NCBI GenBank assembly: GCA_041667045.1
Contig: JBAYFS010000001.1
Location: 1-33,389, forward strand
Reading direction: 5' to 3'
From: Elusimicrobiaceae bacterium
GTDB lineage: Bacteria; Elusimicrobiota; Elusimicrobia; Elusimicrobiales; Elusimicrobiaceae
Length of the DNA stretch: 33,389 bases
In this document: piece by piece, positions 16,724-22,246 of the stretch
How the letters are laid out: every line of letters starts with the position of its first letter
How positions within the stretch are numbered: the stretch's first letter is position 1
Notes under the pieces: generated by a model
Told to the model about the DNA's origin: nothing
What the model saw: only the letters and a program-made list of their open reading frames with translations
The model's database searches: none
Position numbers and translations under genes: made by a program

Positions 16724-17320
16724 ATGTCTGTGACGATAAGAAATATGATCGGTCGGTTAAAAAGTCAAAGATTTACCTCCAGCGGAACTTGGACACGCCC
16801 TGCCGGCGTTGATTTCGTCCACCTTATTCTGGTTGGCGGAGGTGGCGGCGGAGGCGGGGTGGCTAACGGCGGCTCGGGGCCCAAAGCGGCAGGTGGGGGC
16901 GGAGCCGGATGTATTTTTCAAGGCGTTGTTCCCGTGGTCGGAAACGTATCCGTAACTATTGGCGGCGGGGGTGCCGGCGGATCTAATGCCGGGCTTCCGG
17001 GCGTGGCAGGAACTGCGACATCGTTCGGTGCCTATTCTGCTGCAGGTGGGGGCGGTGGAGAGGGTGCCGGAGCCGCCGGGAAATTCTCTGGAGGCTTCGG
17101 CTCGGTTCCAGGGATGGATGGAAGGGTTTTTACTGGCGGAAGCGGCGGAAGCTCCCTTATAACCGGCGCAGCCGGAGCAGAAGGCGCAACCGACGGGCAA
17201 GGCGCGGCGGCCGCGGCTAACAGCGGATGTGGTGGAGCCGGAGCTTACGACACTAGTACTGACGACCACGCCGGAGGCGCGGGCGGTTCGGGATATTGCG
17301 AAGTTTGGTGGTGGGAATAA
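16724..17320 (+). CDS. Glycine-rich domain protein (tail-fibre module)
   Basis: 198 aa with RBS AAGGAGA. The N-terminus FTSSGTWTRPAGVDFVHLILVGGGGGGGG is followed by repeated GGGG/GAGG tracts and the protein ends CEVWWWE. This matches the bacterial/phage glycine-rich domain family pattern (from memory). Confidence 0.65.
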   Translation: MSVTIRNMIGRLKSQRFTSSGTWTRPAGVDFVHLILVGGGGGGGGVANGGSGPKAAGGGGAGCIFQGVVPVVGNVSVTIGGGGAGGSNAGLPGVAGTATSFGAYSAAGGGGGEGAGAAGKFSGGFGSVPGMDGRVFTGGSGGSSLITGAAGAEGATDGQGAAAAANSGCGGAGAYDTSTDDHAGGAGGSGYCEVWWWE

Positions 17321-17322
17321 AT

Positions 17323-17568
17323 ATGGCAAATAAAAAAATATCCGAACTGACAGAACTCACGGCGGCGGCCGCCTCGGACTTGTTACCGATCGCTACCGCG
17401 ACAGAAACCAAAAAAATATCTGTCGCTAACTTTCTGGGCGGGTTCTCTTTTGGAGCAGGCCCCGTAAGTTCAATGCCGGAAGCGCCTTCGACGTATATGC
17501 TTTTTATGGATACCGATAATGGAAATTTGATGGTATACAACGGCATCGAATGGAAGATGGCCGCATAG
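17323..17568 (+). CDS. Small fibre-associated protein
   Basis: The internal ATG at 17323 (MANKKISELTELTAAAASDLLPIATATETKKISVANF) has an N-terminal motif common to phage fibre/spike anchor regions. The track ORF start at 17296 overlaps the previous gene. Confidence 0.5.
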   Translation: MANKKISELTELTAAAASDLLPIATATETKKISVANFLGGFSFGAGPVSSMPEAPSTYMLFMDTDNGNLMVYNGIEWKMAA

Positions 17569-17575
17569 GAGAATT

Positions 17576-19609
17576 ATGAAAAAAATACTTACACTTTTGG
17601 GAATGTTTTTTATCTACACCTCAGTCGCTTTTGCGGTAGACCCTTATTACGCTCTGACCAAATCGAGCACAACCGGGAAGTCCTTGGAAACCATCTCTGG
17701 AGAAATCCGCATCGCCGCCTCCTCTGCCACCGCCAGCACCCCCACGATAACGCTAATCGGCTCTGGCGGCGTAATCTCCGGGCAAAGCTTCTGCCTAGCC
17801 GGGGTCTGTATCCCCAACTGGCTGACAGTTTCCCCCTCAACGCGGACGGTAACGACCACCGAAGACGGAATCCCCAACCGCCTGCTTATGTTCGCCGGCA
17901 CCGACACGGTTAAAAATTCTGCATACGACGAGGACTTCTTAACCGCGCTGGACGCTTCGACTTCGACCACTGCCGGGGACTTAGCGACGCTGACCGCCGA
18001 TGTCGCAGATGTTATTGTTTCCACTGGAAATCTAAAGGCGCAGGCCGACGCGCTGGCTTCTTCTACGGGTACTCTCCGCACTGATTTAACCGCGGAGTCA
18101 AACACGCGGTCCGCGGCGGATAACGCGCTTGCCGTGTCCACGGCGGCGCATGGTATTCTGCTTTCCGGCCTGCAGGGCGAAGCCACGAATTATTTCCGGC
18201 GGGACGGAACGCTCAACACAACGGCACCGGTGACGTTTGCGTCTTCGGCAACATTCAGACAGGGAACTTTAGGGCTCGGTTTTGCTCCGAATATTGCGTC
18301 AATATCAGAAAGCGCGGGGACAGGATTGGTTATTTCCAATTCTGTCACTGGGCCAATAACACTTAACGCAGGCTCCGGACCGTCTGAACTGGTTATTTCC
18401 ACAAATGGTTATTCCGCGTTCGGAGCCTCACCGACTCCGATAAACGGAACGGTGCTTTCAGTTTTCGGGAAACTGTATAGCTCCGGCGACTTCGCGCTTG
18501 GCGGAAATCTCACAACTCCACTTACCGCCCCTTCGTCCGTCACTTTTCAAAACTCTGGATTTAGCGTCGGTGGGTCAACGTTAGTTATTCAGAACGGACA
18601 AGTTGGCATAGGGGTGGTAGCAGGTGGTGCATACAAACTGCAAGTCGGGGGAGAGTCTTTCTTTCAAGGGAAGATACTTACCGATAGTCTAGGCTCGGCG
18701 AGTGGAGGTGCGACTGGCATTACGATAACGGGCCTGATAAAAATATCTACGCTTACAGCCATTAGCGGGTTTCCAGGCGTAGCGGTTTCAACACCGTTAA
18801 TAGTTACGACTGGCCTCGGTAATGGATTCCAGATGAAGACCCCCGGAGGAGTGTCAACACTTAGACTATATCAGGAGACTTCAGCTGGTTATGGGGAACT
18901 CTTTGTGGAAACCGGAGGTAGTCCGTCTGGCCGGATATCGGGTGGAGTAGATTCATACATTGCTCGCTATGCAACTAAGTTTGGAGTGGGAACAACTGCC
19001 CCCACGGAAAAACTGGATGTAGTGGGAAATATAAAGGCGTCCTATGGCCTCATCGCCACTACGACCACACTTAACGGGGTTCCGTATATATGGCCCTCTG
19101 CGGCCGGCGCACCGGACACAGTTCTTTCAATCCGCGACGACGGGACTACTTTGTATTGGCAAAGCATTTCTGCGCCGACGGGCAGTTATGCCCCCACGGG
19201 CACGCTGATTGATTACTCATCGAACACTTGCCCCGCCGGCTATATCGCGTCAGACGGCGCAGACATAAGCACTACGACGTATTCCGACCTCTTCGCGCTT
19301 TACGGGCACACCTACGACACCTACACGTCTTCTGCTGTTTTTAAAACGCCAGACTTCCGCGGCCAGTTTACGCGCGGCTGGGATAATGGAGCCGGGGTGG
19401 ATTCGGGCCGCGTGTTCGGCTCGACGCAGACGGACTCCGTTAAAGACCACACGCATGGGATTACGCGTGTGAGCCTGGGCGCCATAGACGCTTACGCCTC
19501 TAACGATTATACTGCCCGGCCTCCACTTAATACCGATGGAGTGGCGAGTTACACAACGGGCGAAACCCGCCCCAAAAACATCGCAGTTTTAAAATGCGTG
19601 AAATACTAG
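17576..19609 (+). CDS. Tail fibre with C-terminal phage tail collar domain and an N-terminal signal-peptide-like leader
   Basis: 677 aa. The C-terminus CPAGYIASDGADISTTTYSDLFALYGHTYD...FKTPDFRGQFTRGWDNGAGVDSGRVFGSTQTDSVKDHTHG matches the tail-collar (MdpB-like) signature. The N-terminus is MKKILTLLGMFFIYTSVAFAVD. Confidence 0.8.
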   Translation: MKKILTLLGMFFIYTSVAFAVDPYYALTKSSTTGKSLETISGEIRIAASSATASTPTITLIGSGGVISGQSFCLAGVCIPNWLTVSPSTRTVTTTEDGIPNRLLMFAGTDTVKNSAYDEDFLTALDASTSTTAGDLATLTADVADVIVSTGNLKAQADALASSTGTLRTDLTAESNTRSAADNALAVSTAAHGILLSGLQGEATNYFRRDGTLNTTAPVTFASSATFRQGTLGLGFAPNIASISESAGTGLVISNSVTGPITLNAGSGPSELVISTNGYSAFGASPTPINGTVLSVFGKLYSSGDFALGGNLTTPLTAPSSVTFQNSGFSVGGSTLVIQNGQVGIGVVAGGAYKLQVGGESFFQGKILTDSLGSASGGATGITITGLIKISTLTAISGFPGVAVSTPLIVTTGLGNGFQMKTPGGVSTLRLYQETSAGYGELFVETGGSPSGRISGGVDSYIARYATKFGVGTTAPTEKLDVVGNIKASYGLIATTTTLNGVPYIWPSAAGAPDTVLSIRDDGTTLYWQSISAPTGSYAPTGTLIDYSSNTCPAGYIASDGADISTTTYSDLFALYGHTYDTYTSSAVFKTPDFRGQFTRGWDNGAGVDSGRVFGSTQTDSVKDHTHGITRVSLGAIDAYASNDYTARPPLNTDGVASYTTGETRPKNIAVLKCVKY

Positions 19610-19618
19610 CGAGGGAAC

Positions 19619-19855
19619 ATGGACCATCACAAAGACATCATCGAAATTAACGCACGGCTTAAATCGGCGGAAGCAACGCTCGGTGAGCATCACAAAGACC
19701 TTAACGGCAATGGTAAGCCTGGGGTTAAGTGCGACGTTGCCGACCTAAAAAAAGATGTCGCTGTTATTAATACCAAGATTGCCTTGTATTCAGTTCTTGG
19801 CTCAGCCATAGGCAGCGGGGTCATGGCTATTTTACTCAAGAGGATAGGGGGATAG
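19619..19855 (+). CDS. XhlA-like lysis-associated membrane protein
   Basis: 78 aa. An N-terminal coiled region (INARLKSAEATLGEHHKDL...DVADLKKDVAVINTKI) is followed by a single C-terminal TM segment (ALYSVLGSAIGSGVMAILL). It lies directly upstream of the endolysin. Confidence 0.5.
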   Translation: MDHHKDIIEINARLKSAEATLGEHHKDLNGNGKPGVKCDVADLKKDVAVINTKIALYSVLGSAIGSGVMAILLKRIGG

Positions 19856-19856
19856 T

Positions 19857-20309
19857 ATGCAAAAAGACAATTTATTGTTAAGCCCGCATTTCTCATTTGC
19901 GGAAATTACCGCGACTGAAAAGCATCCGGACTTGCAGGACAAAAACCGGCTGGAAGCGTCCGCCTTCGTGGACAAACTTAAAGAGGTCTGCGAGGTGTTG
20001 CTTGAGCCCGTCCGGACACACTTCGGCCCGGTGCAAATTCTGTCCGGATACAGGTGCGAAGCTTTAAATAAGACAGTTGGCGGGGTTCCGGACTCGCAGC
20101 ACGCGAAAGCGGAAGCCGCGGACTTTCACGTACCGGGCAAATCGCTTGACGATGTCTTTAACTGGATTCGCACAAGCGAAATCCCCTTCGGCCAGGTCAT
20201 AAGAGAACCCGGCTGGATACATATTTCGTTGGGGCTTCCTTACCGCCTGGCGGACAAATGCCGCGAAGCTCTACGCTTTGACGGGAAAACTTATAGGAGA
20301 GTGGTATGA
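19857..20309 (+). CDS. Endolysin, peptidase M15 (D-Ala-D-Ala carboxypeptidase-like) family
   Basis: 150 aa. The zinc-ligand pattern is SGYRCEALNKTVGGVPDSQHAKAEAADFH ... GWIHISL (H-x6-D ... H). No signal peptide is present. Confidence 0.85.
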   Translation: MQKDNLLLSPHFSFAEITATEKHPDLQDKNRLEASAFVDKLKEVCEVLLEPVRTHFGPVQILSGYRCEALNKTVGGVPDSQHAKAEAADFHVPGKSLDDVFNWIRTSEIPFGQVIREPGWIHISLGLPYRLADKCREALRFDGKTYRRVV

Positions 20310-20809
20310 AATTAAAAATATGGTTATTGATGTTGGTTGTTGCGATGGTCGCAACGAGTCCGGCGATCGCAGAGGACGCGACTGCTGCAAGTACCGGGCT
20401 TACCGCGGTTGTTTCATCATCCGTGGTGGTGGATCCGGTAGGGATTAACCTGTCCAGTGTGTTCGGCAAGCTTCGCGGTGGAACGCTGTACACGTTTGTG
20501 CCGCAGGGTATGACGCTGGGCACGCTTTACGCGCCGATCGTGTCTTTCCATGCCAACGACGGCACAGAGCTTATAACGCTGAACGCCGGCGCTGCAATTA
20601 ACGTTGCGGACGGGAAAGGTAGTCCGCTTGCGTCCATTGGTTGCCGGCTGGATGGTATGCTGAAAAAGAGTACGGCTGGGGAATGGGCCAAAACGCACAT
20701 TACTACCGCCGAACTGCCGCCGATTGAGTTTGCGGCTGCCGGCATGTGGTATGCGCCGGAACATACTTGGACGCTCGGCGTTAACCTGGCCGTGCGATTT
20801 TCGGAATAA
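20306..20809 (+). CDS. Exported protein, possibly a small outer-membrane beta-barrel
   Basis: 167 aa with a Sec-type leader MKLKIWLLMLVVAMVATSPAIA|ED and no lipobox. The sequence is beta-rich with alternating hydrophobic residues, and the C-terminal strand is TWTLGVNLAVRFSE. Confidence 0.6.
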   Translation: MKLKIWLLMLVVAMVATSPAIAEDATAASTGLTAVVSSSVVVDPVGINLSSVFGKLRGGTLYTFVPQGMTLGTLYAPIVSFHANDGTELITLNAGAAINVADGKGSPLASIGCRLDGMLKKSTAGEWAKTHITTAELPPIEFAAAGMWYAPEHTWTLGVNLAVRFSE

Positions 20810-20820
20810 AAGGAGGTTAT

Positions 20821-21255
20821 ATGGAACATTTAAAAGAGTGGATTATCGGTGGAGCTTTAACCGGCGCAGTGGCGTTATTCTCGCCGGTGGTCCGTCGCAA
20901 ATTGAGTGCTGCTCTTGGCGGGCTGGCGCAACGCGGGTACGCGTGGCTGTTTGCAACCATGCCGCTGTCGCTGGATTACAGCCTCATGCCGGCAGACCGG
21001 CAGGATGAGGCGCGGGCTTGCGTTAAGGACATCGTGCAAAATATGGTCCGCCTTGAAGAAATACTCATCCCTGATGGCGGCTTAGGACCGGAGAAGAAAA
21101 AGCGCGTCATGGACAAGCTGGCGGCCTTTGGCTTGCCAGAAGCGATAGTCGGCCTTGCCGGGGACCTGATTGACGACGCAGTAAAGACGATGAATGCAGA
21201 GGCGGAGGCCGCGCTGAAAAAGTACGCGCCGCCGGGTGGCGACACGCCAGCGTAA
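20821..21255 (+). CDS. N-terminally anchored membrane protein: holin (LL-H-like) or i-spanin-like
   Basis: 144 aa with RBS AAAGGAGG. It has one N-terminal TM segment (WIIGGALTGAVALFSPVV). The soluble part GPEKKKRVMDKLAAFGLPEAIVGLAGDLIDDAVKTMN resembles the LL-H holin pattern (from memory). Confidence 0.45.
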   Translation: MEHLKEWIIGGALTGAVALFSPVVRRKLSAALGGLAQRGYAWLFATMPLSLDYSLMPADRQDEARACVKDIVQNMVRLEEILIPDGGLGPEKKKRVMDKLAAFGLPEAIVGLAGDLIDDAVKTMNAEAEAALKKYAPPGGDTPA

Positions 21256-21277
21256 TCTTTGCGATAAAGATATATGT

Positions 21278-21312
21278 AACCCCGGTTCCCCGTGAGCCGG
21301 GGTTTTTCTTTT
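21278..21312 (+). terminator. Intrinsic terminator ending the phage late operon
   Basis: AACCCCGG (21278-21285) pairs with CCGGGGTT (21297-21304), followed by TTTTTCTTTT. Confidence 0.7.
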
Positions 21313-21343
21313 ATCCACGTCGCCCGCGTCGATTCCGTTAAAT

Positions 21344-21377
21344 AAAAAGCCCCGCTTTTGGCGGGGCTTTTCTTTTT
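21344..21377. terminator. Bidirectional intrinsic terminator
   Basis: GCCCCGC (21349-21355), loop TTTTG, GCGGGGC (21361-21367). It is flanked by A5 upstream and TTTTCTTTTT downstream. It sits 9 nt beyond the stop of the minus-strand gene 21386-21616. Confidence 0.7.
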
Positions 21378-21385
21378 GATATTGA

Positions 21386-21616
21386 CTATTTTTGTCGGAA
21401 TTTTGGGAAAAGCCCGATCGCATTTCGCACTAAATTCTTTAAGGTTTCGCAACAACCATCAGAAACGCACCAACCGCCATCAACAAGCTCAATTAATACC
21501 CACTTATCTTTTTGAGAGCAACCACAAGACGGTTCTGTTATTTTGGTGTTAATTTTTGAAACCAAGAGCGCTTCTGTTTTAGAGAATTTTCCTGCTGGTT
21601 CAAACGTTATTTTCAT
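21386..21616 (-). CDS. Small Cys-rich hypothetical protein (prophage-end cargo gene)
   Basis: ATG at 21616 is preceded by AAAGGGGGAATT. The 76-aa product is MKITFEPAGKFSKTEALLVSKINTKITEPSCGCSQKDKWVLIELVDGGWCVSDGCCETLKNLVRNAIGLFPKFRQK. It lies in a visibly AT-richer segment and is convergent with the phage late genes. The longer track ORF (to 21757) lacks an RBS. Confidence 0.5.
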   Translation of the reverse strand: MKITFEPAGKFSKTEALLVSKINTKITEPSCGCSQKDKWVLIELVDGGWCVSDGCCETLKNLVRNAIGLFPKFRQK

Positions 21617-21763
21617 AATTCCCCCTTTTGAATATTTAAGCAATTCCATTGCGCCGCGGCAATCTCGCGGAACTGGTAAAACTTTTTTGGGGGCAGGGTG
21701 GGGGCAAAGTGTGGAACAATTTGAAATCCTATGGAACGCTTTGAAACATTGTCCCAAAAGAAA

Positions 21764-21791
21764 ACCACCGGCGAATTATCGTCGGTGGTTA
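21764..21791 (-). terminator. Intrinsic terminator downstream of tRNA-Leu(GAG)
   Basis: On the minus strand, AACCACCG pairs with CGGTGGTT around a 12-nt loop, followed by TTCTTTTGGG. It begins 15 nt after the tRNA 3' end. Confidence 0.5.
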
Positions 21792-21805
21792 TCGTTTCTA
21801 TAGTG

Positions 21806-21890
21806 TGGTGCGCAGGAAGGGACTTGAACCCTTAAGCCTTTCGGCACACGCCCCTCAAACGTGCGCGTATACCAATTCCGCCACCTGCGC
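21806..21890 (-). tRNA. tRNA-Leu (anticodon GAG), type II with long variable arm, CCA encoded
   Basis: Reverse complement is GCGCAGGTGGCGGAATTGGTATACGCGCACGTTTGAGGGGCGTGTGCCGAAAGGCTTAAGGGTTCAAGTCCCTTCCTGCGCACCA. The 7-bp acceptor, D arm GCG/CGC, anticodon stem CACGT/GCGTG with loop TTGAGGG, and T arm AGGG-TTCAAGT-CCCT were all folded by hand. Confidence 0.9.
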
Positions 21891-21924
21891 GTAAAACATC
21901 TTAACGGTTTCCCATTACACATTT

Positions 21925-21954
21925 ATTATACAAACTAGGCTTAACCCCGGGCAA
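21925..21954 (-). promoter_or_regulatory. Putative promoter for tRNA-Leu(GAG)
   Basis: Minus strand reads TTGCCC (21954-21949), 18 nt, TATAAT (21930-21925). The -10 lies about 35 nt upstream of the tRNA 5' end. Confidence 0.4.
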
Positions 21955-21988
21955 GAGATTTTATGCGCGTCTTTTAACAGTTTTTTCA

Positions 21989-22026
21989 AGTCCACACGCA
22001 AGCCAAACTATTGGCTTGCTTCCCAA
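21989..22026. repeat. 38-bp direct repeat, copy 1 (contains a 9-bp hairpin)
   Basis: AGTCCACACGCAAGCCAAACTATTGGCTTGCTTCCCAA is identical to 22177-22214. The internal palindrome is GCAAGCCAA-acta-TTGGCTTGC. Confidence 0.9.
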
Positions 22027-22030
22027 CATG

Positions 22031-22064
22031 AAAAAAGGCCCCACATTTCTGTGAGCCCTTTTTT
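22031..22064 (-). terminator. Terminator-like hairpin with flanking A/T runs (bidirectional form)
   Basis: Minus strand reads AAAAAAGGGCTCACA-gaaa-TGTGGGGCCTTTTTT. The stem has one mismatch and one G-U pair and is followed by T6. Confidence 0.5.
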
Positions 22065-22176
22065 AAATCTACGGAAGTGGGTCTCGGCCATAAGTTCCAA
22101 GCTCGCCGCCGCTCGCTTGTCCTTCCGGCCCTGCCTCGCGGTTTCGCCTGCTGGCGAAACATCGCTCCGGCTTTCG

Positions 22177-22214
22177 AGTCCACACGCAAGCCAAACTATT
22201 GGCTTGCTTCCCAA
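22177..22214. repeat. 38-bp direct repeat, copy 2
   Basis: Identical to 21989-22026. It lies just downstream (minus sense) of the hairpin at 22222-22237 that follows tRNA-Leu(CAA). Confidence 0.9.
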
Positions 22215-22246
22215 AAATTTGAAGCCCTTACGGGCTTTAAATTTTT

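Larger units (their letters stand above)
1..21312 (+). mobile_element. Prophage late region (packaging, head, neck, tail, fibre, lysis), truncated at the left window edge
   Basis: About 30 co-directional, tightly packed or overlapping ORFs (ATGA/TAATG-type junctions at 792, 7275, 9063, 13621, 14421, 16067, 20306) in canonical tailed-phage order. The region ends at a strong intrinsic terminator at 21278-21312. No integrase, repressor or replication genes are in the window, so completeness and exact ends cannot be judged. Confidence 0.85.

Noticed and set aside
16757-17329. A 190-aa antisense ORF opposite the glycine-rich gene.
   Set aside because: It is a shadow ORF created by the GGN-repeat DNA. 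It is Ser/Ala/Pro/Arg-rich, has no RBS, and lies opposite an otherwise strictly unidirectional operon.
7668-17830. A diversity-generating retroelement (TR/VR pair), considered because the 7530 protein and the 17576 fibre share a module.
   Set aside because: The similarity is in the N-terminal regions and is diverged at most positions rather than being adenine-specific. No reverse transcriptase and no near-identical nucleotide repeat exist in the window.
20724-21008. The embedded +1-frame ORF (94 aa) overlapping the 20821 gene, considered as an Rz1-type o-spanin.
   Set aside because: It has no proper signal peptide or lipobox (LPAC occurs at residues 5-8 without a hydrophobic leader), has an Arg-rich composition, and lacks an RBS.
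21358-21803. Plus-strand ORFs 21358-21552 and 21543-21803 in the AT-rich segment.
   Set aside because: The first starts inside the bidirectional terminator and the second ends across the tRNA terminator. Neither has an RBS. The minus-strand 76-aa ORF with a strong RBS is the better model, although still only moderately supported.
22095-22140. A possible SRP (4.5S) RNA: the minus strand reads CAGGGCCGGAAGGACAAGCGAGC, resembling the conserved CAGGUCCGGAAGGAAGCAGC helix-8 motif with a GGAA tetraloop.
   Set aside because: By hand I could not pair the flanks into the required long hairpin around the GGAA loop. The AGCA symmetric-loop motif is also altered or inserted. It is kept only as something an Infernal/Rfam scan should settle.
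21989-22214. A CRISPR array, considered because of the identical 38-bp repeats.
   Set aside because: There are only two copies, they are 150 nt apart (far longer than a spacer), and no cas genes or leader are present. Each repeat is tied to a terminator hairpin next to tRNAs.
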